DNA of 64,000 nucleotides from Octopus sinensis (Eukaryota): NCBI RefSeq assembly GCF_006345805.1, contig NC_043022.1, positions 19,654,001 to 19,718,000 of the forward strand, read 5' to 3'. Shown piece by piece: positions 25,729 to 37,676 of this stretch (position 1 is its first letter; each line of letters starts with the position of its first letter). The notes under the pieces were generated by a model. It saw only the letters and a program-made list of their open reading frames with translations, ran no database searches and was not told where the DNA came from. The position numbers and the translations under genes were made by a program.

Positions 25729-26759
25729 CTAGCGCGGATGCGCGAGTGCGCGCAGCGGGACCCCTGTTCATAGAAGTACCATAGGCAAAGTTTCATGCGA
25801 AACATCGCCGTACCATAAAATATACTATAAAGCAGTATTTACATCAATTTCTTTAGTTTTCGATAAATCACAGGCTGGTTCATAAAATATTAGTTACACT
25901 CTACGCATGGAATCTCATACTGCGTATAAAAATTCTAATGTGCTGCTTTACGTCTAAAATACACATGTACAACCGTAATTTAGTTTTAATGAATCTCAGT
26001 AATTTAAGTACATGACGTCATAAGTGGGTGACTGTGTTTCATCTACCCTTGAGGGACATCTTTCGCATTAAGATCACGCAGTGAAAGTTAGATAATTGGC
26101 ATTAAACTTCAATGAAATAAAAGTTTAATTTATTTGTGAAATGACGAAAAGATCGAACTGATTTATTCTGAAAGATTCCAGTGATTTGTTACGGAATAAA
26201 AACTGATTTATCCGAATATGAAAGATATTTAGTTTGGGGAACATTTTAATGTGCAGGAATACAACAATCAGATTAAAATGTTTATTTAATACTTTTAAAC
26301 AAAGACTTAATCGTTTCATTTACACAGCAGAACACGACTGTTTTTGTATATTCCCGGTTTTTGTTTTGTGTGGTGCGTGTGTTTATGTGTTCTTTTCGCA
26401 AAGTCGAAATTTGCGCTGCTTAAAACATACAGAAGCGAAGAAATTGCGGTTTTTTTGGCACATGAATATAATTTTGGTTAAATTCCGACTCTATAATTTA
26501 GGGTTACCAAATATGTAACTACGCATCTAAAGGAAACCGTCGAAATAGTAGCACCTGCTCGATAAACAAATAAAAGTTGGGCGGTGAAAAAATGTTTTAG
26601 CAGACTTTGTGGTTAATGCTTGTATTATTTTATTCTTTTACAGATCCCAGTCATATGAGTACGGCCATGCTGGAGGTACAAACGGAACAAGGACTGTCAA
26701 ACGCAGTTGATAGTTAGATAGGTAGACAGACAGACAGATATGTGTATAAATGTATTTAC

Positions 26760-26835
26760 CTTCTTCTTCTCCATGAACCGAAGTCACTGCCACATAACAG
26801 AAGAGCAAGCTGGAGATTACGAGAAGGACCTTCAT
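26760..26835 (-). CDS. Coding exon 1 (signal peptide) of a small secreted six-cysteine protein
   Basis: ATG at 26835 gives MKVLLVISSLLFCYVAVTSVHG-EEE (Lys, hydrophobic core, small-residue cleavage site). Ends GAAG|GTAAAT, a phase-1 donor. Upstream acceptor ttccaccacag| at 26855. Confidence 0.75.
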
Positions 26836-27540
26836 GATAACGTGTTAAGTTGGTCTGTGGTGGAAATGCAATTGAATTAATATCTATATTTTTTATATCC
26901 TGTTATAGTTTTCTTTGTACGGAAAGTTTCATTTTCGTCATTCGTATATTGTTTTGTTTGTTCTGCGTAAGTGAAAAAAAAGCTGTATAGAAAAGTGGTC
27001 AGGGAGAAATGGTAAGAGAAAGAAACTGAAACAGAGAGGGGGTGTATATGTGTATATGTGTGTATGAGAGAAAGCGGGAGTTATTGAGTAGAAAATACAG
27101 TGATAGTGTATGATGAAAGTATGTTAAAGGGAAAGAGAGAATAAGTCAGAGAGAGAGAGAGAGAGACGGATAATAAGAAAAGCGTGTGAAAGAAAGTTTG
27201 ACAAAATTAATGGGAGAAAAAAGGTAGGGCAGAACAGAAAGAAATAGGGAGATTTAACGATAGAGAGAAGAAAGAAGACGGAAAGGGTAAAAGGTAGAAC
27301 GAAAGGAAGGGAAACAGAGAGGTCAACAAGAGTGAAATGGTGTTGGTGATTACGATGGCGGCGGTGACAGTAGTGATGAAGGTGATGGTAGTGGCGGTGA
27401 TGGTGAAGGTGGTAATTTCTTAGATAAGTGAAAAGGGAATTTTTCTTTTCTTTTTTTTTTTTTTTTGACTGACTAGCCCAGTAGAGGATAAGGGGACTGT
27501 TGACATAGTTGTTTGGTTGTGATTTATATATCTGATTTAC

Positions 27541-27746
27541 TTGGCTACAACGTATTAAGGAAACGCAGTAAAGGGCCATTAAGCCGTTGGTTCGATGTAG
27601 GTGTGGAAAACGGCGGAAAAACTGACGAGTGACAAAATATTGCCAAGGATTTCGCTTGAAGAGCACCGAATTTTGTTAAGGTTTCTTTTCTCCTGTGTTC
27701 CCGCCAGTTCTTACAACTTGGGTACACGCACATATATTTATATATA
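27541..27746 (-). promoter_or_regulatory. Candidate TATA promoter and non-coding first exon
   Basis: TATATAAATA at ~27746-27736 (minus), unique sequence for ~180 nt, then CCAA|GTAAAT donor at 27541. An out-of-frame upstream ATG weakens the call. Confidence 0.3.
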
Positions 27747-27821
27747 CGCCACCAAATTGAACTATTTATGGATTAAGGCATCGAGACTATGATGATTTTT
27801 AATCGATAACTGACGAGGGAT

Positions 27822-27998
27822 AGGCGTAGGAGTGGCTGTGTGGTAAGTAGCTTGCTAACAACCACATGGTTCCGGGTTCAGTCCCACTGCGTGGCACCTT
27901 GGGCAAGTGCCTTCTGCTATTGCCTCGGGCAGACCAAAGCCTTGTGAGTGGATTTGGTAGACGGAAACTGAAAGAAGCCTGTCGTGTATATGTATATA

Positions 27999-28029
<31 letters not shown>

Positions 28030-28253
28030 AATATATATATATATGTATATATGTGTGTTTGTGGGCCTGTGTTCCCCCCCCCCCAACATCACTTGACAAC
28101 CGATGCTGGTGTGTTTACGTCTCCGTAACTCAGCGGTTCGGCAAAAGAGACCGAGAGAATAAGTACTAGGCTTACAAAGAATAAGTCCTGGGGGTTGATT
28201 TGCTCGACTAAAGACGGTGCTCCGGCATGGCCGCAGTCAAATGACTGAAACAA

Positions 28254-28262
<9 letters not shown>
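27822..28262 (+). mobile_element. SINE family A
   Basis: Full copy just upstream of the candidate promoter. Confidence 0.9.
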
Positions 28263-28287
<25 letters not shown>

Positions 28288-28761
28288 CGGATCCTTTTTT
28301 GTCGACATCCTGTGACACATTTTACTATCTATATATTTGTCTATGAAAGTGATTAGTGTTATGCACGAAACTCTGCTCTTGAATAATTTTCGTAAATTCT
28401 GCCGATTAATAATAATAATAATAATTAATTCTGGTTTATTGGCCACAAGGGCTAACATAAATCAAAGAAATATGTAAGGACAAATGCAGGACGAAAAGTA
28501 CAAAGGGTTTTGTCCGAAAGAAAGGTCCGTGTAAACATTCGAAATAACAACGAAAAATATAACAAATAAAACTCCCCATAGAGGGAGGCGCTTCGAAAGG
28601 TTACTCGTGGAAAAGCCCATAAAAGCCACGGGAGCCTGGTCAAAAAGGGGTAGAGAGCCCCTTTCTCCTTTTTGGCATAACTTCGGTATAAGTACCGGTG
28701 TAAGTACCAGAAGTATCGGATACATTTCAAGAAACTGTTTGTTTGCTTTTTATTTATGGGA

Positions 28762-28818
28762 GGTTAGGGTTAGGGTTTGTGTTTGGGTTAGGGTTTGTGT
28801 TAGGGTTAGGGTTAGGGG
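28762..28818 (+). repeat. Short interstitial TTAGGG-type repeat
   Basis: Six perfect TTAGGG units interspersed with TTTGGG/TTTGTG variants. Confidence 0.8.
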
Positions 28819-29184
28819 TGGGAGAAAAGGGTTTCTGTTATCTTCAGAAATGTAAACAAAGTGACCTGTGTAGTTATACCGAAGGATCGCCCCCCTTTTT
28901 TTTTTTTACTGGTGTAACATCAGAATTGGTCCGTTCAATACTGGCCATTTTTCCGACATTTACCCACCTTAGCATTAAAGTGAAGTACGTGTCCTTTACT
29001 AATTTCAGCCCGAGAGCTTGCCGCCATGCTAAAGCAACGCCGCTACACATACACGCACATACACACATGCGCACATACACACATGCGCACATATGCAGTC
29101 GAACAGGTTTACACGTTCCTTAGTTTCCACGAATTCATTTTACTTTTACTTTGTACTTTTCCTCCCGGTCACCAAAACCAAAAT

Positions 29185-29187
29185 AAC

Positions 29188-29230
<43 letters not shown>

Positions 29231-29282
29231 TAATAACAATAATAATAACAATGATAACAATAATAATAATAACAATGATAAC

Positions 29283-29322
<40 letters not shown>

Positions 29323-29337
29323 GTAATAATAATAATA

Positions 29338-29370
<33 letters not shown>

Positions 29371-29744
29371 ATAATAACAATAATAGTAATAATAATAATA
29401 ATATATATAGTAGTAAAATAATAATAATAATAATAATATAATAATAATTAATAAAGTAATAATAATAATAATAATAATATAATAATAATAATAATCATAA
29501 TAATATATAATATAATAATAATAATAATAATAATATAATAATAGAATAATAATAATATAATAATAATAATAATAATATTATTATAATAATAATAATAGTA
29601 ATAATAATAATAATAATATAATAATAATAATATAATAATAATATAATAATAATAATAGTAATAATAATATAATAATAATATAATAATAAATAATAATAAT
29701 AATATAATAATAATAGTAATAGATAATAATAATAATAAAATATA

Positions 29745-29782
<38 letters not shown>

Positions 29783-29928
29783 CATAGTAATGATAATAGT
29801 AATAATAATAATAGTAATGATAATAGTAATAATAATAATAAAATATAATAATAATAATAATAGTAATGATAATAATAATAATAGTAATAGTAATAATAAT
29901 AATAATAATAGTAATAATAATAATAATA

Positions 29929-29967
<39 letters not shown>

Positions 29968-30035
29968 GTAATAATAATAATAATAATATATAATAATAGT
30001 AATGATAATAGTAATAATAATAATAATAGTAATTA

Positions 30036-30085
<50 letters not shown>

Positions 30086-30118
30086 GTAATAATAATAATA
30101 ATAATAATAATAGTAATA

Positions 30119-30149
<31 letters not shown>

Positions 30150-30203
30150 GTAATAATAATATAATATATAATAATAATAGTAATAATAATAATAATAATA
30201 ATA

Positions 30204-30235
<32 letters not shown>

Positions 30236-30465
30236 GTAATAATAATAATATAATAATAATAATAATAATAGTAATAAACAATAATAATAATAATAATAAT
30301 AATAGTAATAATAATAATAATAATAATAATATAATAATAAATAATAATAATATAATAATAATAATAATAATAATAATATAATAATAATAATAATAATCAT
30401 AATATAATAATAATAATAATAATAATAATAGTAATAATAATAATAATAATAATATAATAATAATA

Positions 30466-30500
<35 letters not shown>

Positions 30501-30538
30501 GTAATAATAATAATAATAATAATAATATATAATAATAA
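29185..30538 (+). repeat. ~1.35-kb degenerate (AAT)n microsatellite
   Basis: Continuous AAT with AGT/AAC/ATA variants. Confidence 0.95.
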
Positions 30539-32069
30539 GGCATTCAGAGATGAAGGAAAGGATCAGGAGAGAATGCTATCGAGAGTGAGAGCAATACTCA
30601 AGACAGAGCTGAATGCAAGAAACAGGATCGAAGCAATCAATGCATTAGCTATACCAGTCGTGACTTACAGTTTCAATATTGTTAACTGGTCAATTACTGA
30701 AATATGTCAGCTCGACAGAAAAATAAGGAAACTGTTGACATGCATAGAATGCACCACCCTAAGGCAGATACAGAACGACTCTATCTGCCAAGAAAAGGGG
30801 AGGCCGTGGTCTTTTGCAACTGGCAATAACAATGAAGATTGCTACAATTGGCCTAGACACCTACCTGAAAAACTCTGAGGACTGGATGTTAAAACTTGTC
30901 TCAAAACATGAAAACAAGAACATCATACTCAGTCACAAAACAGGCAAAGGAATATCTAAGTGAATTCCGAATACAACCAATTTCGGAATTAGAGATAGAC
31001 ATACAAGAACAAGCACAGAAAAAGCTAGGCGCATGAAAACCCGTGCCAAAACTGCGCCTTAGATATTCTGAATAATAAATGGCAAGAAAACCTCTCTATG
31101 GCAAATACCCAAAGAGAGCGAATAATGCAGATATCGACAAAGCCCTGACCCATCAATGGCTAATGGCCTCTGGCTTAAAATCTGAAACAGAGGGTTTATC
31201 ATAGCAGCTCAAGATTAATGCCTACCAACAAGAAACTACCAGGCCAACATATTAAAGATCAGAAGCAGTCCAACGTGTCGTGTATGCAAGCAACAAAATG
31301 AAACCATTGACCATGTGGTCTCCAAGTGCAGTCTTCTAGCGCCTACAGAGTATCTCAACAGGCACGATAGAGCTGCACAATATATTCACTGGGTAATCTG
31401 TAAAAACCTGGATTTGCCCCATGAAAAAAACTGGTGGGAACACAAACAAACCACCCCCGTGCTTGAAAATGACCACATCTCACTCCTCTGGAACTTCACC
31501 ATTCAAACTGACAGGAAGATAGATGCAAATAGGCCAGACATCATATTGAAAGACTTCAAACAAAGAACATGCCTCCTCATTGATATGGCTGTCCCAATCG
31601 ATATAAACGTATCTGTCAGGACCTACCAAAAACTGAGCAAATATAAAGATCTTGAAATAGAAATCAGCAAAATGTGAAAAATGTGGAAGCTGAAGACTAA
31701 AACAATACCTGTTGTCATAGGTGCCCTGGGAATGATAGCAAAAGGGGCTGATAGCTACCTAACTCAGATACCAGGAAACCCAAAAATGGCAGAAGTTCAA
31801 AAGATAGTGCTCATGGGAACTGCTCATATCCTACGCAAAATACTCTCTATGTAACCTCAAGGTTTAAAACAACCATAATTTTCGGTTTAAAAAAAAAAAA
31901 AAAAAAAACTTTTTTTTTTTTAGACATTCATTAGTACAACATCCCCACCCCCAAATATATGGCACACTAGGCATAACAACAACATGAACTTCCAACCCTG
32001 TTGTCTCTTGAGGTCTTGGGTGAGACTTGGAGCCAACTTGTACAAATATAAAGCAAAAGTCAAACATAG
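30539..32069 (+). mobile_element. 5'-truncated R4/Dong-clade non-LTR retrotransposon, frameshifted
   Basis: RVRAILKTELNARNRIEAINALAIPVVTYSF thumb region; CxxC...H...C knuckle; RHD motif; RPDIIL...LLIDMAVP restriction-like endonuclease; ORF stop near 31853; (AAT)n on both sides. Confidence 0.9.
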
Positions 32070-32148
32070 AATAATAATAATAATATTATAATAATAATAA
32101 TAATAATAATAATCATAATATAATAATAATAATAATAATATTATTATA

Positions 32149-32240
<92 letters not shown>

Positions 32241-32556
32241 AATAAATAAATAAGACAAGTGATAGTATGATGTCAACTTAATGTGACAGTCCCATAAAAG
32301 GGAAGAATGCTACTGTTGGACTTGACACATTTCCTGTGTCCTTGTGATTCAGAAATTTATTATTTCTATTTCCAAAAAAAAGAAAAAGAGTGTAATAGAT
32401 ATTTTTTTAAATGTGTAGAAAACGAATATGAAAACAAAAATTTGGGTAAACGAACGGGGGTGGGTGGGAAGAGGACTTTCGGAAAATTCACGCGATCCGA
32501 TTTTTTCCCCTCATAACTTTCAGGAAAATTGGTATCTTTTAATGAAAGTTTATATA

Positions 32557-32965
32557 GGCGCAGGAGTGGCTGTGTGGTAAGTAGTTTGTTTACCAACCAC
32601 ATGGTTCCGGGTTCAGTCCCACTGCGTGGCACTTTGGGCAAGTGTCTTCTACTATAGCCTCGGGCCGACCAAAGCCTTGTGAGTGGATTTGGTAGAGGGA
32701 AACTGAAAGAAGCCCGTCGTATATATGTATATATATATATGCGTGTGTTTGTGTTTGTGTGTCTGTATTTGTCCCCCTAGCATTGCTTGACAACCGATGC
32801 TGGTGTGTTTATGTCCCCGTCACTTAGCGGTTCGGCAAAAGAGACCGATAAAATAAGTACTGGGCTTACAAAAGAATAAGTCCCGGGGTCGAGTTGCTCG
32901 ATTAAAGGCGGTGCTCCAGCATGGCCGCAGTCAAATGACTGAAACAAGTAAAAGAGTAAAGAGTA
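32557..32965 (+). mobile_element. SINE family A
   Basis: Full copy splitting the left TIR arm. Confidence 0.9.
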
Positions 32966-33367
32966 AATACTTTTCAAGCGGCATAGATTACAGTTATAAA
33001 GGAATTTACGGGGAAATTTTTTTTCCAAGGGGCTGGGGAGCGGAGTTTCGGATCAAGAAGCCCATATAAGTTGGAATTTCTCCATTTTGACGGGAAATTT
33101 TCCAGCTGTTTTTCACCGTCGCCTTCGAAATGATGGGAAGCATCTTTTTATTAAAAAAAAAAAACCGTTTGGAAAATTTATGATTTTTTTCTCCTCACCC
33201 CTTAATGATGATCCCCAGGGACCACACACGTGCTCCGTTGGTGGGATATAAACATCAACAAAAAAATGATAATTTAAATTTTTACCCCCACCTTAATTAA
33301 GGTGTGTGTAAGAAAAAAACATTTTCTAACAGAAAAGTATGCTATTTTAGATTAATTATCTTTTACA

Positions 33368-33784
33368 TACTCTCTCTCTCTTTACTCTTTTACTTGTTTC
33401 AGTCATTTGACTGCGGTCATGCTGGAGCACCGCCTTTAGTCGAGCAAATCGACCCCGGGACTTATTCTTTGTAAGCCCAGTACTTATTCTATCGGTCTCT
33501 TTTTCCGAACCGCTAAGTGACGGGAATGTAAACACACCAGCATCGGTTGTCAAGCAATGCTAGGGGGACAAACACAGACACACAAACACACACACACTCA
33601 CACATATATATATATATATATACGACAAGCTTCTTTCAGTTTCCGTCTACCAAATCCACTCACAAGGCATTGGTCGGCCCGGGGCTATAGCAAAAGACAC
33701 TTGCCCAAGATGCCACGCAGTGGGACTGAACCCGGAACCATGTGGCTGGTCAGCAAGCTACTTACCACACAGCTACTCCTGCCT
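33368..33784 (-). mobile_element. SINE family A
   Basis: Full copy. Confidence 0.9.
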
Positions 33785-34505
33785 ATTTAAAAAAAAAAAA
33801 CTGCGGATAAATGCCAGAAATTGCCTCAGGCTCTCCAATAGTTTAAATTATAAACAGAAACAATCAGCGGCGGGAATAGGGTTGGAGAAAAATCCTAAAT
33901 TTTCAAATTATATATATATAAATAACAAAAGTGTTTATGGGGGAGAAAACTATTGAAAAACATCAATACAGGCGAGAGAAAGAAACGGGGAGGTTTGTCT
34001 TGGGATGTACTAGAAACGACAGCCAAATCTCCCTTAAATCACACATTTTCCTCTGAAAATATTTACAATTTTTTTTTCTTGTTTTTGTTGTTTTTTTTTT
34101 TTTGGTTTTACCGAAAAGACTCTTCCCATATTTTTAAGGGCAAAAAATCGGCCAAAATCGGTCCGAAGATGGAATGGGAGGAGTAAAAAAAAAAATGAAC
34201 TTATGTGGTTTTCCTGATCCGAAACTCCGGTTTTTTTCGAAACTTTTCTCCCCATCCCCCGAAAAAAATTTCCCTCACAAATTTCTTTAAAAGCGTAATC
34301 TATGCCGCTTGAAGGGTTTTTGTATAAACTTTCATGAAAAAATACCCATTTTCCTGAGCGTATGAATTTTCCCAAAATCTCCCCACCTCTTCGGAAAAAA
34401 ATTTCCCCACGAATTTCTTTATCATCGTAATCTATGCGGTTTTTGAAAGGTATTTCTATAAAATTTCATCAATATATATATATATAATATATATATATAT
34501 ATATC

Positions 34506-34896
34506 TTTATATATAAAAGTGAAGTTGTGTGTCTGTCTCCTACGATTTAGATTCCTAACAACTCCCACATTTTGCGGTGCAGTGTAACCAAAAGCGGGTA
34601 TCTTATAGTCGTGATTCATATCGAGCCCTTCTGGGTATTAGCGCGCGTCTACGATATGTCTACGATTTTTTAAAAAAATACCATAATTTTTCCATTTTTA
34701 ATGCATTTTTTTTTTGCTCTTATATAAGGGAAGTAACTCTCTAAAAATGTATTATTAAACCTCAGAACGTAAAAAGCTACAGTAACACCCCCCTTGTGGT
34801 TAGCCATATTGAGATGGCTATTATACTTTACATCTCTAAAATGCTTATATAGTTATTTCCCTTACAAACCCGAGCAACGACGGGCGATACTGCTAG

Positions 34897-34897
<1 letters not shown>
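34506..34897 (-). mobile_element. Helitron-like non-autonomous element in a TA tract
   Basis: Same ACTAGCAGTATCGCCCG start and CAACTTCA.. end as the copies at 13250 and 35347. Confidence 0.5.
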
Positions 34898-34929
<32 letters not shown>

Positions 34930-34930
34930 T

Positions 34931-34964
<34 letters not shown>

Positions 34965-35346
34965 CTCCATTTTCATGAAAGTTATGAGGGAAAAATTAGA
35001 TCGTATGAATTTTCCGAAAGTCCTCTCTCCACCCCGCAACCCCGTTCGTTTGCGCAAATTTTTGTTTTCATATTTGTTTTCTACACATTTCTTTATACCT
35101 ATTACACATTTTTTGGTTTTGGTTTTGGTGACCGGGAGTTAAAGTAAACATTAATCTACTTCAGAAAATTGTGGTTTTGGCCGTTCTTGGTTGGGTTTTT
35201 TAACGTTTACACAAACATCATTTCGTTGTTTCCATTCCAGTTTTTCATTTTACATACGCCTCACTTTTTCCATAGTCACGTAGACCACATTAACAAGTAA
35301 ATTAGGATTATAGTTTTTCGATATAGCCATCTGCGTCTTATACTAA

Positions 35347-35934
35347 ACTAGCAGTGTAGCCCGGCGTTGCTCGGGTTTGTTTGTTCTTTTTAGTTGCGCT
35401 TAAAACGGCAGACTTTGATGTCGCGTTAACAAAGTTTTGACATAGTTTTAATCTATGAATAAAAGTATAGAGTGGCGATGTTCGAGTTTGCTCTGAATGT
35501 GCTGCAAATGTGTAATGCCGACTTCAATTGTTGGTATTGTAGGTTAATATTCCTTCTATTAACATTATAGGGGGACCTTTAGAATTTGGAATTTTTGAAA
35601 AGTAAAAATTTTGCATTATGTAGCTTGTTATTCTCTTTAAGTGAACATTTTACTGGTTGAAATACACCGAAAAATGGCGACACAGCTGTCAAAATATCGT
35701 TAAAAATTAGCGATTTTCATAGAAAAAAGCACCTTTTTGATGTAAATAATTTTTGGTGTTAACATGGTCCGATTTGAATTTTTTTTTCTTGTACGGAATG
35801 AAGAGCAAGCCTTCTTCTCTCATACTCTCAATTGTGGTGAAGTTGCGCCGCAGGGTCTCGGAGGAGATAGTATTAGTTGAAGGCTACCAAACCTGCCACA
35901 CACACACACAGACAACTTCAGCTTTATATATATA
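35347..35934 (+). mobile_element. Helitron-like non-autonomous element
   Basis: Homologous to 13250-13832. Confidence 0.55.
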
Positions 35935-36207
35935 GATGTATACGAAACCCCGAAAAATAGACTGGTGGTTTTTCGTCTGAGAGAATATTTCTCCATAGAC
36001 TTGTTTTTATTCACCCAACCAGAGCGGGACAACCAGTGTTGGATTATCTACACCCCTATACCTTAACGGCTCGACGAAAGACACTGTTAAAATAAATACC
36101 CGACATTTAAAAAAAAAAATTAATAAATACGTACTTGAATAACCTACAAGGTGGTGCCCCAGGATGACCGCTATCCTTAAATGAAATAAAAGTCTGTGTT
36201 ATAAGCA

Positions 36208-36251
<44 letters not shown>

Positions 36252-36699
36252 CTGTGTGTGCATGTGTGAGTGTGTGTGTGTGTGCATGTGTGAGTGTGTG
36301 TGTGTGTGTTTGTGTGTATGTGTGTGTGTGTGTGCGTGTGTGTGCGTGCGTGTGTGTGTGTGTGTGTGTGTTGTTCAAGTTTACAGAAAACGAAAGACGG
36401 AGACAGGTGAGGGAATGACAATCGGGTGTATTTGTTTGACGCTCAGGAAGAATGGAAAAGTCATTGACATTTCGAGTCATTGACATTTCGACAGAAAGGA
36501 ATGAGAATAAAAACGGAGAGAGAAATATGTGTAGAGATTCACGGTTTAACATGGTGTGTGTGTGGTGTGTGTGTGTGTTCCCCCCCCCCCATAGCTTGAC
36601 AACCGATGTTGGTGTTTACGCCCCCGTAACTTAGCGGTTCAGCAAAATTGACCGATAGAATAAGTACTAGGCTTACGAAAAGAATTATTACTAATGAGA

Positions 36700-36835
36700 T
36701 GTCATTTTAGCTGGGATGGTCATGGAGCTAGGGTGCAATACGATCGCACGCCTAAAGTAGTCTTTTATGGCCAGCTTGCCAATGGTAAAGATTCTGTTGA
36801 AGCACAAAGGAAGCGAAATCTGAAGCGGTTGAACG
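36700..36835 (+). mobile_element. RTE/BovB-like LINE fragment
   Basis: FSWDGHGARVQYDRTPKVVFYGQLANGK resembles the RTE C-terminal W.GHV.RM...R.PK...YG.L motif. Confidence 0.55.
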
Positions 36836-37489
36836 TGGTTCTAGGAGAATTTTCTGTGTTTAGAGCATTAAACTCTTTGAGGACATTCGTATTGAAATAT
36901 TTGTGGAGAAAAGACTGAGAAAGAGGGATATACTAAAAGGACCCATATAAATTACCTTACAACCTTTTACTTTTCCATTTTGTTTAATTTTACTTTTCAT
37001 AAGTACTCTGTCATTTGTTTGTGCATGTACTGTAGTTTCACACACACACACGTTTATATGGTTCAGTGGTTAAAGCGTCGGACTCATAAACATGAGGTTG
37101 TGAGTTCGATTCCGGGACCAGGCTGTGCGTTGTGTTCTTGAGCAAGATATTTTATTTCAGGTTGCTCTAGTTCACTCAGCTGTAGAAATGTGTTGTGATG
37201 TCACTGTTGCCAAGCTGTATCAGCCTTTGCCTTTCTCTTGGGTAACATCGGTGGCGTGGAGAATGGAGACAGGTATGCACGGGCGACTGTAGGTCTTCTA
37301 TAAACAACCTTGCCAAGACTTGTGCCTCGGAGGGGAACTTTCTAGGTGCAATCCTACAATCATTCATGACCGAAGGGGTCTTTATTTTTTTATTTTATAT
37401 AATTGTATGTATATTCCAACAGAACACCCACATTTAAGTGAGGATAAATATTACCTCTCGGTATTATATTAATACTGCCTCTGTCGCTA

Positions 37490-37522
<33 letters not shown>

Positions 37523-37629
37523 TTAACCAGCTTACTAGCTAATTGCGACATCAATGTCTGTTCTGTCACTGTTACTCCATATATCGTTGGCGGGAAGATG
37601 AATCGCTGCTATCTCTCGTAGTCGGGTGT

Positions 37630-37676
37630 CTATCATTGACGAGACCAAGGAAGGTCGAAATTACGTGATCTCGTAG
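37630..37676 (+). ncRNA. Degenerate type-I hammerhead ribozyme-like motif
   Basis: ctatca-UUGACGA-GACC aaggaa GGUC-GAAA-uuacgugau-C-ucguag; C3 is U and stem I has one mismatch. Confidence 0.45.

Larger units (their letters stand above)
32371..35140. mobile_element. Long-TIR foldback-like element with nested SINE and Helitron-like insertions
   Basis: 32380-32555 plus 32966-33060 are the reverse complement of 34200-34375 and 34965-35110. Confidence 0.65.

Noticed and set aside
26638-26759. In-frame 66-nt intron plus short exon VLVPFVPPAWPYSYDWDL-stop after the signal peptide, and a plus-strand acceptor at ~26643
   Set aside because: The segment resembles a decayed SINE-A tail (CTCCAGCATGGCCG...ATGACTG); the distal exons give a more coherent six-Cys protein.
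29026-30400. Long poly-I/L/Y/N ORFs (up to 301 aa)
   Set aside because: (AAT)n lacks stops in some frames; pure low complexity.
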